Shown here: piece by piece, positions 8,647 through 18,805 of the stretch
Numbering within the stretch: the first letter of the stretch is position 1
Layout: each line of letters opens with the position of its first letter
From: Gammaproteobacteria bacterium
GTDB lineage: Bacteria; Pseudomonadota; Gammaproteobacteria; Steroidobacterales; Steroidobacteraceae
Length of the DNA stretch: 64,000 nt
Direction of reading: 5' to 3'
NCBI GenBank assembly: GCA_016874175.1
Contig: VGUP01000002.1
Span: 3,983-67,982 of the forward strand
Program-made: the position numbers and the translations under genes
Notes under the pieces: generated by a model
Seen by the model: the letters and a program-made list of their open reading frames with translations, nothing else
What the model was told of the DNA's origin: nothing
Databases searched by the model: none

Positions 8647-10573
8647 CGGCATCGAGCAGCCGCAATCCGCTCGCGCCGATCTCGGCCCAGCGCAGGCTGC
8701 GTTGGACACGGCCCGCAGCATCGATCGACAACTGGCCGGTCGCCCCGACGAGCGGCGCCTCGACGGTCGGTGTTTTCCCCGCGCGTAGCGCGGACTGCAG
8801 CAGCCAGGCATCGTGGCCGAAGGCAAACAGACGACCGCGACCGTTACTGTCACCGAACGCGGCGCTGGTGTCGGCGCGCAGCGCGGCGACCGCCGGCGCC
8901 TCGGCGGCGAGCGACCAATCCATGTCGGGAAAAATCAGCCCGGCAAGTTCGGCGCCTGCGCGTCCGTCCCAGGCATCGGCCGTCGCGTAAGCGGGTAGAT
9001 CGCCGCCTCCTTGGAAACGCAGCTGCGGCCGCCACTGTCGCAGCGCGGAGGCTTGACCCGGTGTGAACACGAAATCGATATCTGCCCGCCGTCGCGACTG
9101 AAAGGCGAGTGGGGTATCGAGCACGGCCTGAATGCGTCGGTGTCGCGCGATGCTGTCATCGACACGCAGCGCCGCTTGCAAGACCGGTCCCACTTCGCGG
9201 CCGCTCAAAGATTCGCTGGCGAGAATCACGCCACCGCCCGCTTCCAGGGTTTCGCGAAACGCTGCGAGCACGCGATTGCCCCAGTCACCGGCCGGCGCGA
9301 GCACCACGGCGCGACGTCGGCCTTCGGCGAGCGCGCGTTGCGCAACCGCGCGCGCTTCGTCTTCGGGCGACAGCCCGAATTGTTTGACGGTTGGCGGCAC
9401 CGGTTGATCCGCGGGCAAAAAATTGAGCGCCAGGATGGGTGGCGCGCCGCCCTGCGCAGCGTTGGTGGCGGCGGCGACCACCTCTTCGCGAACTAGCGGA
9501 CCGATGATGAACAACGCGCCCGCGCGCGTCGCGGCGGCCATGGCTTCGGCAACGCTTTGCCGTGCGGTGTCGTAGAAACGCACGGGTGTAAGGCTGGCTT
9601 CGGGTTCGGCGAACTGAGCTGCGAGGATGCCGTCGCGCAACTGTGCCCCGGCGCTTGCATTGCGGCCACTGAGCGGCAGCAACGCCGCAACGTGCGTCGC
9701 GCGCGGCAGCGGCTGACCCGCAGGCGCGAGCGGTGCGGCACCCGCTTCGTTGTCGCGCGCTGCGGCCGGTCGCGGATTGTTTGCCATCGCCAGCAGGGGC
9801 TGTGGGGTCGGCAGCTGGCCGATCATCGCCAACGTCGCGGCGGCCGGATGATTGGGATAGCGTTTGCGCCAGGCCGCCGTGATCCCCGCATTGGCTGCAA
9901 TCGGTGCCCGCGCGGCACGCGCCGCGAGTGGCGCGGCCTCGAGCCAGCCGCTGGCGAGCGTGTCGCGGCCCGCAAGGCGCGGATCGATCGTGACGCCGCG
10001 CTCCACGGTCGCCTGCAGCTCGGCGAGAAACCGGCGACGCAATTGCGCAACGCCGACTGGATCGGCCGCCAGCGTCTCGCGTTCCACCTGACTGCGAATG
10101 GCCTGCAGCGGCCGTTTGGTGGCGAGGGCGAGCTGCTGCCGCAGCGCATGGTAGGCATCGATGCGCGCTGGGCCGCTGGGTGCGCGCAAGGCGGCGAGTA
10201 ACTCCCAGCCGCGGGCACTGTCGCCGCGTTGCAGCGCAATTTCAGCGCCCAGCAGATCGCGATCAAAAATCTGCAGCGCATCGAGCGGGGGCAGTAATCG
10301 ACCGAGCGCCAGCGCCGCAGCATCCGGGTTGGCGGCCTGCAGCCACTCCCGGGCGGCTGGCAGCAGGGCCGCATTGGCGAGTAGTGACTCTGCGGTGGCT
10401 GCGGCGACCGCCTCGTATTCGCGCGCGGCCGCAGCGTGATCGCCGCGCTCGGCCAAGGCGGCTGCGCGTTCGACACTGGCTGTTTGCCGCGTGTTGGGCG
10501 CACAACTCGCCAGCGCGAGTATCAGCAGCACCAGCAGTGAGCAGCGCACCGCGATCATGGCTCTAGAGGTCAT
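8618..10573 (-). CDS. lpoA: Penicillin-binding protein activator LpoA (lipoprotein)
   Basis: 651 aa with lipobox LALASC, an N-terminal TPR-like region and a C-terminal periplasmic-binding-like fold (ILALNFLP). Divergent from rsmI as in E. coli. GGAG lies 7 nt upstream of ATG 10573. Confidence 0.88.
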   Translation of the reverse strand: MTSRAMIAVRCSLLVLLILALASCAPNTRQTASVERAAALAERGDHAAAAREYEAVAAATAESLLANAALLPAAREWLQAANPDAAALALGRLLPPLDALQIFDRDLLGAEIALQRGDSARGWELLAALRAPSGPARIDAYHALRQQLALATKRPLQAIRSQVERETLAADPVGVAQLRRRFLAELQATVERGVTIDPRLAGRDTLASGWLEAAPLAARAARAPIAANAGITAAWRKRYPNHPAAATLAMIGQLPTPQPLLAMANNPRPAAARDNEAGAAPLAPAGQPLPRATHVAALLPLSGRNASAGAQLRDGILAAQFAEPEASLTPVRFYDTARQSVAEAMAAATRAGALFIIGPLVREEVVAAATNAAQGGAPPILALNFLPADQPVPPTVKQFGLSPEDEARAVAQRALAEGRRRAVVLAPAGDWGNRVLAAFRETLEAGGGVILASESLSGREVGPVLQAALRVDDSIARHRRIQAVLDTPLAFQSRRRADIDFVFTPGQASALRQWRPQLRFQGGGDLPAYATADAWDGRAGAELAGLIFPDMDWSLAAEAPAVAALRADTSAAFGDSNGRGRLFAFGHDAWLLQSALRAGKTPTVEAPLVGATGQLSIDAAGRVQRSLRWAEIGASGLRLLDADARTQSGGD

Positions 10574-10671
10574 TGATGCACTCCGGCTGCTGGCGAGGCA
10601 GCGCGCCGATTGAATACCGCGATCGGCGCGGGCACGATGCAGACGCGGACGATCATGGGAGCGAAATTATA

Positions 10672-11610
10672 GTGGCTGCAGAGCAGGCGGCGGGCGGCAA
10701 GCGCACGAGTCACCAGAGCGAGCCCGCCGAACGCGGCCGTGGCCGGCTTGCGGTGGTGGCGACCCCTATCGGCAACCTCGCTGATTTGTCGCCGCGGGCG
10801 CGCGAAGCCTTGGCCGATGCCGATCTGATCGCCGCCGAAGACACCCGGCGCAGCAGCCAGTTGCTGTCGGCGCTCGGGCTGCAAAAGCCGCTGATCTCGC
10901 TGCACGCCCACAACGAGCGCGAGCGTGGCGATGCGCTGCTGGCGCGGCTGCTGGCGGGCGAGGTGATCGCGCTCGTCAGTGATGCCGGAACACCGCTGCT
11001 CTCTGACCCAGGCTTCGATCTCGTGCAACGGGCCGCTGCCGCGGGTCTCGAAGTGCGCAGTGTTCCCGGGCCGACGGCGATCGCGGCCGCGCTGTCGGTG
11101 GCCGCCGTGCCGACCGATCGTTTTTGTTTCGAGGGCTTTTTGCCGGCGAAACCGCGTGAGCGTCGCGAGCGTCTCGAGGCGTTGCGGCGCGAGCCGCGAA
11201 CCCTCGTTTTCTTTGAAACACCGCATCGGATCGTGGCCGCACTGCAAGATTGTGCAGCGGTGCTGGGCGGTACGCGCCAGGCGGCGGTCGCGCGCGAGTT
11301 GACCAAATTGCACGAGAGCGTTTATCGCGGTCGTCTCGAGGAGCTCGCGCAACGCGCGGCACAAGAGCCTGCTTTCGAGCGCGGCGAGATCACCTTGGTG
11401 ATCGCGGGCGCCGCGGTCGAGTCCAGAGGCGAGGGCGAGGCGACGATGAGCGCGCCGATCGCTGCCGACGAAGTCATGGAGCGTGTGCTGCGCGCAGCGC
11501 TCGCGCATTTGCCGGCAGCCAAGGCGGCGGCGATTGCGGCGGCCGCGAGCGGCCTCGGGCGCGAGACGGCGTATGCGCGCGCGGTCGAGCTCGCCGCGGC
11601 GCGGCGCTGA
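10672..11610 (+). CDS. rsmI: 16S rRNA (cytidine1402-2'-O)-methyltransferase RsmI
   Basis: LAVVATPIGNLADLSPRAREALADADLIAAEDTRRS is the tetrapyrrole-methylase-like RsmI N-terminus. The start is uncertain: I favour GTG 10672 because the ORF-track start at 10573 would abut the lpoA start codon. Confidence 0.88.
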   Translation: MAAEQAAGGKRTSHQSEPAERGRGRLAVVATPIGNLADLSPRAREALADADLIAAEDTRRSSQLLSALGLQKPLISLHAHNERERGDALLARLLAGEVIALVSDAGTPLLSDPGFDLVQRAAAAGLEVRSVPGPTAIAAALSVAAVPTDRFCFEGFLPAKPRERRERLEALRREPRTLVFFETPHRIVAALQDCAAVLGGTRQAAVARELTKLHESVYRGRLEELAQRAAQEPAFERGEITLVIAGAAVESRGEGEATMSAPIAADEVMERVLRAALAHLPAAKAAAIAAAASGLGRETAYARAVELAAARR

Positions 11611-11678
11611 GTCCCGGAACGCCAGAGCGTGCGCTCGCGCATTTGTGATCGGTGTCATCGGCGCGTATCGTCACCGTC

Positions 11679-12057
11679 GGAGTCGGCCAGACGATCGCTG
11701 CATTTTTCACGAGATGTGGAGGAAAGTCCGGGCTCCTTCGGACACGGCGCCAGGTAACGCCTGGGGGGTGCGAGCCCACGGAAAGTGCAACAGGAAAGAT
11801 ACCGCCGATGCGCAAACTCCCCTCGTGGGAGGGACCGCAGGTAAGGGTGAAATGGTGCGGTAAGAGCGCACCGCGCAACTGGTAACAGTTGTGGCATGGC
11901 AAACCCCGCCGGGAGCAAGGCCAAATAGGGAAGTCGCAGGGAAACCTGCAGCGCGGTGTCCGAGCGTGACTTCCGGGTAGGCTGCTAGAGGCATCCGGTG
12001 ACGGGTGTCCCAGAGGAATGATCGTCCACGACAGAACCCGGCTTATCGGCCGACTCC
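11679..12057 (+). ncRNA. rnpB: RNase P RNA, bacterial type A
   Basis: The 5' GGAGTCGGCCAGACGATCGCTGC pairs with the 3' CGGCCGACTCC (P1). Universally conserved blocks are present: GGAGGAAAGTCCGGGCTCC, GCCAGGTAACGCCTGGGGGG, CAGGTAAGGGTGAAA, GGTGCGGTAAGAGCGCACCGCGC, GGAGCAAGGCCAAATAGGG, GGGTAGGCTGCT and CACGACAGAACCCGGCTTATCGG. The rsmI-rnpB-mraZ position is the same as in Pseudomonas. Confidence 0.96.
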
Positions 12058-12069
12058 CTTTTTCCTCAG

Positions 12070-12093
12070 TGCCCGCGTAAGCATTCGCGGGCA
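12070..12093 (+). terminator. Hairpin downstream of rnpB
   Basis: TGCCCGCG-taagcatt-CGCGGGCA, followed by the T-containing tract aactcttt. Confidence 0.4.
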
Positions 12094-12195
12094 ACTCTTT
12101 GAAACCCTTCAGCCTTTGTTCTGTTTTGCCCCTTGAGTGCCAAGCTCGGTGAATGTACGTTATTGGCGTAACTGAAAACAATTACCGCTAGACCG

Positions 12196-12225
12196 TTGAC
12201 ACTCCGCTGCGCCGATTCCTATAGT
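12196..12225 (+). promoter_or_regulatory. Sigma70-type promoter of the dcw cluster (Pmra)
   Basis: -35 TTGACA (12196-12201), an 18-nt spacer and -10 TATAGT (12220-12225). An A/T-rich tract lies upstream, and the mraZ ATG is 56 nt downstream. Confidence 0.6.
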
Positions 12226-12257
12226 GGCGCCAAGTGGAAAAAAGTGGGGCGGAATGG
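12223..12257 (+). promoter_or_regulatory. Candidate MraZ operator: four direct A(G/A)TGG repeats at exact 10-bp phasing
   Basis: AGTGG at 12223, 12233 and 12243, and AATGG at 12253. The first repeat overlaps the -10 hexamer. This resembles the phased TGGGN/GTGG direct repeats bound by MraZ in E. coli and other bacteria. Confidence 0.6.
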
Positions 12258-12280
12258 GTGCAATTGCACCCGCGTGGGTC

Positions 12281-12733
12281 ATGTTTCGCGGTGCCAGCAA
12301 AGTCACGTTGGATGACAAAGGTCGGATGGTATTGCCCACCCGGCAACGCCAGCGCGCGCTCGAGCGCAGCGAGGGCCAGCTGGTCGTCACCGTCGATCGG
12401 GACCCCTGCCTGCTCATTTATCCGCTGCCCGACTGGGAGCAGATCGAACGCAAGTTGATGAGCCTGCCCTCGCTGCACGAGCGCTCACGGCGCCTGCAGC
12501 GGCTGATGGTGGGTCATGCGACCGAAATCGAACTCGACGCCCAGGGGCGCTTGTTGCTGTCGCCCGAGCTGCGCGAATTCGCCGGCCTGACGCGGCATGC
12601 CATGTTGATCGGTCAGGGGAACCGGCTTGAGCTGTGGGACGAAGCGCGCTGGATCGAGCGCCGCGACTATTGGCTGAAGAGCGAGGAAACCGCCACCGAT
12701 TTGTCGACCGAACTCGACTCGCTGTCGCTTTGA
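12281..12733 (+). CDS. mraZ: Transcriptional regulator MraZ
   Basis: MFRGASKVTLDDKGRMVLPTRQR, with a second SpoVT/AbrB-like repeat (IELDAQGRLLLSPELREFAGL). The ORF-track start at 12224 is an upstream extension. Confidence 0.95.
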   Translation: MFRGASKVTLDDKGRMVLPTRQRQRALERSEGQLVVTVDRDPCLLIYPLPDWEQIERKLMSLPSLHERSRRLQRLMVGHATEIELDAQGRLLLSPELREFAGLTRHAMLIGQGNRLELWDEARWIERRDYWLKSEETATDLSTELDSLSL

Positions 12734-12746
12734 GGCGGATGGACAG

Positions 12747-13700
12747 GTGGATGAGCACATCCCGGTACTCGTCGAAGAGGTGCTGGAAGTGCTGGCGCCC
12801 AGCGCCGGCGATTTCTTTGTCGACGGCACCTTCGGGCGTGGCGGACACACCGCACGCCTGCTCGAGGCCATCGGCCCGAGCGGGAGCGTGCTGGCACTCG
12901 ATCGCGATCCAGCGGCCATCGAGGCCGGGCGTCGTCGCTTCGCCGCCGAGCCTCGACTCGAACTGCTGCACGCGGAATTCTCGGCACTTGCGACGACCGT
13001 CGCCGCGCATGCTCGCGGGCGGGCGGTCCGCGGCGTACTGCTCGATCTCGGCGTATCCTCGCCGCAGCTCGACGAGGCCGAGCGCGGTTTCAGTTTTTCG
13101 CAGGATGGTCCGCTCGACATGCGCATGGACCCGAGCCGTAGCGAGTCGGCAGCCGGTTGGTTGGCCCGAGCGACCGAGCGGGAGATTGCCGACGTGATTT
13201 ACGAGCTCGGCGAAGAGCGCTTTGCGCGACGGATCGCCGCGGCGATTGTCGCCGCGCGCAGCGAGACGCCGATCACCCGCACCGCAGCGCTCGCAGCGAT
13301 CGTGCAGCGCGCGGTGCGCACTCGCGATGGCAAGCATCCGGCGACGCGCAGCTTTCAGGCGATCCGCATGCACGTGAACGACGAAGTCGGGCAGCTGCGG
13401 ACGGCGCTCGAGGCGGCGTTCGCGGTGCTCGCCGTGGGTGGTCGTTTGGCCGTGATCAGCTTTCACTCGCTCGAAGATCGCATCGTCAAACAATTCATCC
13501 GCGTCAAAAGCAGCGTTGATCCGGTGTTCGCAGGCTTGCCGGTGATTCCGCTGCAGGCGCAACCGGTGATGCGCGAAGTGGGGCGCAAGCGGCGTGCTGG
13601 CGAGGCCGAACTCGCGCGCAATCTGCGGGCGCGCAGCGCCGTGCTGCGTTGTGCCGAGAAGTTGGCGGCGGCGCCAGTTGCAGTGCGAAGCCTGTTATGA
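12747..13700 (+). CDS. rsmH: 16S rRNA (cytosine1402-N4)-methyltransferase RsmH
   Basis: HIPVLVEEVL...DGTFGRGGHT...LLDLGVSSPQLD...ISFHSLEDRIVK. GTG start. Confidence 0.96.
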   Translation: MDEHIPVLVEEVLEVLAPSAGDFFVDGTFGRGGHTARLLEAIGPSGSVLALDRDPAAIEAGRRRFAAEPRLELLHAEFSALATTVAAHARGRAVRGVLLDLGVSSPQLDEAERGFSFSQDGPLDMRMDPSRSESAAGWLARATEREIADVIYELGEERFARRIAAAIVAARSETPITRTAALAAIVQRAVRTRDGKHPATRSFQAIRMHVNDEVGQLRTALEAAFAVLAVGGRLAVISFHSLEDRIVKQFIRVKSSVDPVFAGLPVIPLQAQPVMREVGRKRRAGEAELARNLRARSAVLRCAEKLAAAPVAVRSLL

Positions 13701-13981
13701 AGCTGCCTTCCCAACGTGCTCTCGCGATGCTGATCCCAATTCTTTGGTTGGCGGTGCTGGCATCAGCGGCGGGCGCCATTTTCGTCAAGCATCGGGCGCG
13801 CGAGCTGTTCGTCGAGCTCGAGCGGGTGAACCGCGAGCGTGATCAACTCGAAATCGAGTGGGGTCAGCTGCAACTCGAACAGAGCGCGTGGTCGACGCAC
13901 GCCTTCGTCGAGAACGTGGCGGCCACCAATCTCGGCATGCGCACGCCGCCGCCGAAGCAGATCGAGGTCGTCGCGCCATGA
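13697..13981 (+). CDS. ftsL: Cell division protein FtsL
   Basis: 94 aa with a single TM segment (LIPILWLAVLASAAGAIFV) followed by a coiled coil (LFVELERVNRERDQLEIEWGQLQLE). ATGA overlap with the rsmH stop. Located between rsmH and ftsI. Confidence 0.9.
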   Translation: MKLPSQRALAMLIPILWLAVLASAAGAIFVKHRARELFVELERVNRERDQLEIEWGQLQLEQSAWSTHAFVENVAATNLGMRTPPPKQIEVVAP

Positions 13982-15849
13982 TTCGCTGGCCCTTCGGCAA
14001 ACGCACAGCGAGCAAGCCTGCCGCCGGACAGCGCGGCGGCGCTCGGCAATCGCGCAGCGGTCTGACGCGCAAGCCGGATACGCCGAACGCTTCGTTCGGG
14101 ATGCGGCTGGCGACGGTCGCGGTGCTGGTGGGTATCGGTGCTGGCCTGCTCATTTGGAAAGCCTCGACTCTGCAGTTTGTGGAGAGCGAGTTTCTGCGCG
14201 GGCAGGGTGATGAGCGCTTCACGCGGGTGGCGAGCATCGTCGCGCATCGCGGTAGCGTCAGCGATCGTTCCGGCGAGCCGCTCGCCGTCAGCACACCGGT
14301 CGATTCGGTGTGGGTGAACCCGAAAGAGCTCACGCTCGCTAACGAGCAGATTCCCAATCTCGCGCGCGCGATCAATCGTGAGCCCGACGAATTGGCCCGC
14401 TTCGTCACCACCAAACTGGAGCGGAAATTTTTGTACGTTGCGCGCCATCTGCAGCCCGCCGATGCCGCCAAGGTGCGCGCGCTCGACATCCCGGGCGTGC
14501 ATCTGACACGCGAATATCGTCGTTACTATCCGGCTGCCGAGGTGACCGGTCACGTGATCGGATTCACCGACGTGGACGATGCGGGGCAGGAAGGACTCGA
14601 GCTCGCATTCGATCATTGGCTCGCCGGCGACAACGGCGCCAAGCGCGTGATTCAGGATAATCTCGGACGTACCGTGCAGACGGTCGAGAGCATCAAGCCG
14701 ATGCGCGCCGGTCGCAACATGCAGCTGTCGATCGACATGCGCATTCAGTATCTCGCGTATCGCGAATTGAAAGCGGCGATGCAGCTGCATCGCGCGCGTG
14801 CAGGGTCAGTGGTGGTGATCGATGTCACGACCGGCGAAGTGCTGGCGATGGTCAATCAGCCAACGTTCAATCCCAACGATCGCGCGCAGTTGAAGCCGGC
14901 GGGTTACAAAAATCGTGCGGTCACTGATCTCGTCGAGCCGGGCTCGACCATCAAACCTTTTGTGGTAGCGGCTGCGCTCGCTTCCGGCAAGTTCCGTACC
15001 GACAGTATCATCGATACCAACCCGGGGATGGTCAAAGTTGGCATCAAGATGGTCGAGGACAAGCACAACCTCGGCGCCATCGATCTGGCTACGGCACTCG
15101 CCAAAAGTTCGAACGTCGCGATGACGCGGATTGCGCTGACGCTCGGCCCCGAAACTTTGCACGACACGCTGTCAAAAGTCGGGTTCGGACGGGTGACCAC
15201 GAGCGGTTATCCAGGCGAATCGGCGGGCTTGCTCACGCAGTACTCGCACTGGCGGCCGATCACTACGGCCACGGTGTCCTACGGCTACGGTCTGTCGGCG
15301 ACGCCGCTGCAGCTGGCGCATGCGTACGCCACGCTCGGTGCCTATGGCATGCAGCGACCGGTGTCGTTCACGCGTATCGATCACGCCGTCAAGGGCGAGC
15401 GCGCACTGCCGGAGCAGGTGAGTCGAGATGTGATCCGCATGCTGCAGTCGGTGGTGTCGGATGTGGGCACCGGCAAACGCGCGGCGATTCCGGGCTACAG
15501 CGTGGCCGGCAAAACCGGCACGGCCTGGAAGGCCAGTGCGGGTGGCTATTCCACCAATCGATATCTCGCCGTGTTCGCTGGGCTCGCGCCGGCCAGTAAT
15601 CCGCGTCTGGCCACGGTGGTGGTCATCGACGAACCCTCTGCGGGTCTTTATCACGGTGGCGATGTGGCGGCGCCGACGTTCTCGTCGGTGGTCGGTGGTG
15701 CACTGCGACTGCTGGCGGTGGCGCCCGATACGCCCGTCGATCAATTTTTTGATGCGCTCCCCGAGACCGAATCGATGCCGGCCGATTTGCCGCAAAATAT
15801 TGCGACCGCAGCGGCCGCGTCCCGTACCGCGAACGGAGCGTTGCGCTGA
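13978..15849 (+). CDS. ftsI: Peptidoglycan D,D-transpeptidase FtsI (PBP3)
   Basis: TM anchor plus the transpeptidase motifs STIKP, SSN and KTGT. The ATG overlaps the ftsL stop (ATGA). Confidence 0.96.
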   Translation: MIRWPFGKRTASKPAAGQRGGARQSRSGLTRKPDTPNASFGMRLATVAVLVGIGAGLLIWKASTLQFVESEFLRGQGDERFTRVASIVAHRGSVSDRSGEPLAVSTPVDSVWVNPKELTLANEQIPNLARAINREPDELARFVTTKLERKFLYVARHLQPADAAKVRALDIPGVHLTREYRRYYPAAEVTGHVIGFTDVDDAGQEGLELAFDHWLAGDNGAKRVIQDNLGRTVQTVESIKPMRAGRNMQLSIDMRIQYLAYRELKAAMQLHRARAGSVVVIDVTTGEVLAMVNQPTFNPNDRAQLKPAGYKNRAVTDLVEPGSTIKPFVVAAALASGKFRTDSIIDTNPGMVKVGIKMVEDKHNLGAIDLATALAKSSNVAMTRIALTLGPETLHDTLSKVGFGRVTTSGYPGESAGLLTQYSHWRPITTATVSYGYGLSATPLQLAHAYATLGAYGMQRPVSFTRIDHAVKGERALPEQVSRDVIRMLQSVVSDVGTGKRAAIPGYSVAGKTGTAWKASAGGYSTNRYLAVFAGLAPASNPRLATVVVIDEPSAGLYHGGDVAAPTFSSVVGGALRLLAVAPDTPVDQFFDALPETESMPADLPQNIATAAAASRTANGALR

Positions 15850-17414
15850 TGGGCGCCTTGGGGGCGCGCCGGCTCGGTGAATTGCGCGCGGGATTCGTCG
15901 ACGATGCCGCGAGTGACCTCGTCATTGACGACATCAGTCTCGACAGTCGCACCGTGGCGGCGGGCGGTTTGTTTCTGGCCTGCGCAGGGCGTCGCACCCA
16001 TGGTCTTGCGGAGCTGCCGCAGGTACTCGCGCGCGGCGCACGCGCCGTGCTTTGGGAGCCGGCGCCGGGTATCGCCGCGCCCACCGTGCCAGATGGTGTC
16101 ACCGCTCTGCCGATCAAAGATCTGACGCAGCACGCCAGCGAGATTGCCAGCCGATTCTTTGGTCGACCCTCGGCGAAGCTCGCCGTGACCGGGATCACCG
16201 GCACCAATGGCAAGACGACGACCGCCTGGCTCGTGGCGCAGGCCTTGAGTCGCTGTCAGTTACCGGCCGCGTACATGGGTACGCTAGGCGTCGGTCGCGT
16301 ACCCGAGGCCGTCATTCCAGGCGAACACACGACGGCGGACGCGGTCAGCGTGCAGCGGCAACTGGCTGCCATGCAGGCCGCCGGCGCGCAGTGCGTGGCG
16401 ATGGAGGTGTCGTCGCACGCGCTCGATCAGCATCGAGTCGCCGCAGTGAATTTCCGCGTGGCGGCCTTCACCAACTTCACTCGCGATCATCTGGATTATC
16501 ACGGCACCATGGAAGCCTATGGTGCCGCCAAGGCGCGATTGTTCGACATGCGGCATCTCGGTTGTGGCGTCATCAACGTCGATGATGCCTTTGGTGCCAC
16601 GCTGGCGCGGCGACACATAGCTTCGCTGCCACTGGTGCTTACCGCACGCACGACTGCGGGCTTGGCGGTAATCGATGAATGTCGAGCGCTCGACGGTGCT
16701 ACGCGCTCGTTCACTGCCGCTCAGGTGCGCAGTCAACCCACGGGACTGGGGTTCACGCTCGAGGCGCGCCTCGGCGAGGGCACGGTGTCGCGTCACGAGG
16801 TGACGTTGCCGCTGATCGGCGAGTTCAATGCCGACAATGTGCTGGTTGCGCTCGGGATTCTGGATTCTTTGGGTGTTGACGTGCCCGCTGCGCTCGCTGC
16901 GCTCGCCAGCATCAGTGCACCGCCCGGCCGCATGGAGGCGATCGTCGCGCCGGGGCGCGCGCTCGCCATCGTCGATTACGCCCATACGCCGGATGCGCTC
17001 GCCAAAGCCTTGCGCGCAGCACGCGCGCATTGCGCGGGTCGTCTGCACGTCGTCTTCGGCTGCGGTGGTGATCGTGATGCCGGCAAGCGACCACTGATGG
17101 CGAGCGTGTCCGCCGCGATGGCCGATGACATCGTCATTACTGACGACAATCCGCGCAGCGAACCCGCGGGCGGTATCGTTGGCGACATTCTGGCCGGCTT
17201 GCCGCAAGGTCAGCGGGCGACGGTGATCCATGATCGGGGCAGTGCGATCCGCCATGCGCTCGAGCAGGCGGCGGCGGGCGATGTCGTGCTGGTGGCTGGC
17301 AAAGGTCATGAGGATTACCAGATCGTTGGCGCCGAACGTCGTCGCTTCAGCGACCGCGAGCTCATTCAAAGTATTTATCGGTCTGCTGCCGCGCCGTCGA
17401 CGGTGACGCACTGA
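15849..17414 (+). CDS. murE: UDP-MurNAc-L-Ala-D-Glu--2,6-diaminopimelate ligase MurE
   Basis: Mur ligase P-loop [10 protein letters not shown] and the C-terminal DNPR motif (ITDDNPRSE). Position in the dcw cluster. Confidence 0.95.
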   Translation: MGALGARRLGELRAGFVDDAASDLVIDDISLDSRTVAAGGLFLACAGRRTHGLAELPQVLARGARAVLWEPAPGIAAPTVPDGVTALPIKDLTQHASEIASRFFGRPSAKLAVTGITGTNGKTTTAWLVAQALSRCQLPAAYMGTLGVGRVPEAVIPGEHTTADAVSVQRQLAAMQAAGAQCVAMEVSSHALDQHRVAAVNFRVAAFTNFTRDHLDYHGTMEAYGAAKARLFDMRHLGCGVINVDDAFGATLARRHIASLPLVLTARTTAGLAVIDECRALDGATRSFTAAQVRSQPTGLGFTLEARLGEGTVSRHEVTLPLIGEFNADNVLVALGILDSLGVDVPAALAALASISAPPGRMEAIVAPGRALAIVDYAHTPDALAKALRAARAHCAGRLHVVFGCGGDRDAGKRPLMASVSAAMADDIVITDDNPRSEPAGGIVGDILAGLPQGQRATVIHDRGSAIRHALEQAAAGDVVLVAGKGHEDYQIVGAERRRFSDRELIQSIYRSAAAPSTVTH

Positions 17415-18805
17415 TGCGGCGGCTGCAGGACATCGCCGTCGATTGCGGAGGTCGTCTCTGCGGCGCGGACCGCGAGTTCGTCGCCGTCAACACCGACACG
17501 CGCAAGCTTGCCGCTGGCGAACTCTTCGTCGCGCTGCGTGGCCCGAACTTCGATGGCAACACTTATCTTGCGGAGGCAGCGGCCCGCGGCGCTGCGGGCG
17601 CGCTTGCCGAACGTGAAGGTCCACCGGGATTTCCCGTGATTTTGGTCGCTGATGCGCTTTCCGCGTTGCAGCGCGCGGCGCAAGTCTGGCGCGAACGACT
17701 GAGGCTCCCATTGGTGGCGGTCGCCGGCAGCAACGGCAAAACCACGAGCAAAGAAATGATTGCGGCGATTCTCGCGGTCCGCGGATCGACGCTGGCAACG
17801 GCTGGCAATCTCAACAATCACATTGGGGTGCCAGTGACGCTGTTGCGGCTGACGCCTGAGCATCGCCATGCGGTGATCGAGACGGGCGCCAATCATGCCG
17901 GCGATGTGACGCAACTGGCTGCGTTCGCCGCGCCGTCGATCGGTATCGTCACCAATGCGGGCGCCGAGCACCTCGAGGGTTTCGGCTCGCTGGAAGGTGC
18001 AGCGCGGGCCGAGGGTGAGTTGTTCGCCGCGCTCGCTCGTGATGGCACGGCGATTCTCAATGCCGATGACAGTTTTGCGCCGTTGTGGCGCGACATGACC
18101 GTGGCGCGTATCGTCACTTTCGGCTTGGGTGCCAAGGCGGATTTCACCGCGCGCGATATTCATACCGAAACCACGGCCCGCGGCTTTTTGACGCGCTTCA
18201 CGCTGATGACGCCCCACGGCGAAGCGGCGATCGAGCTGCAGCTCGCCGGCAAGCACAATGTTCTCAATGCGCTGGGTGCCGCCGCGGCCGCGAGCGCGGC
18301 AGGCGCGACGCTGACCGATATCGCGAGTGGTCTTGCGCGCATGCGACCGGTCACCGGCCGTTTGCAGTTGCGCGCGGCGCGCGCGGGCGCGTGGCTCATC
18401 GACGATTCGTACAACGCCAATCCGAGTTCGCTGGAGGCGGCCATCGATGTACTCGAGTCGCTCGGCGGACGCCGCTTGCTGGTGCTCGGCGAGATGGCCG
18501 AGCTCGGCACGTTTGCGCGCGAGGCCCATCTCGAGGCAGGTCGTTACGCGCGCGATCACGGGGTCGCGCGGCTATTCGCGCTCGGCGAAGCGAGCCGCCA
18601 CGCCGTGGAGACTTTTGGCGCCGGCGCGAGTTGGCATGCCGACATGGCGGATTTGACTGCGGCCGTCGAGCGCGAACTCGCGAGCGATACCCGTGTGCTC
18701 ATCAAGGGTTCGCGCATGAATCGGCTGGAACGCGTGGTGGTGGCTCTCGAGCAGAGCACAGCTCGCGCCGACGTCCACGAGCCTGCTGCAGAGGGGGTGC
18801 ACTGA
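17414..18805 (+). CDS. murF: UDP-MurNAc-tripeptide--D-Ala-D-Ala ligase MurF
   Basis: [16 protein letters not shown]-loop and [10 protein letters not shown]. Position in the dcw cluster. Confidence 0.95.
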   Translation: MRRLQDIAVDCGGRLCGADREFVAVNTDTRKLAAGELFVALRGPNFDGNTYLAEAAARGAAGALAEREGPPGFPVILVADALSALQRAAQVWRERLRLPLVAVAGSNGKTTSKEMIAAILAVRGSTLATAGNLNNHIGVPVTLLRLTPEHRHAVIETGANHAGDVTQLAAFAAPSIGIVTNAGAEHLEGFGSLEGAARAEGELFAALARDGTAILNADDSFAPLWRDMTVARIVTFGLGAKADFTARDIHTETTARGFLTRFTLMTPHGEAAIELQLAGKHNVLNALGAAAAASAAGATLTDIASGLARMRPVTGRLQLRAARAGAWLIDDSYNANPSSLEAAIDVLESLGGRRLLVLGEMAELGTFAREAHLEAGRYARDHGVARLFALGEASRHAVETFGAGASWHADMADLTAAVERELASDTRVLIKGSRMNRLERVVVALEQSTARADVHEPAAEGVH

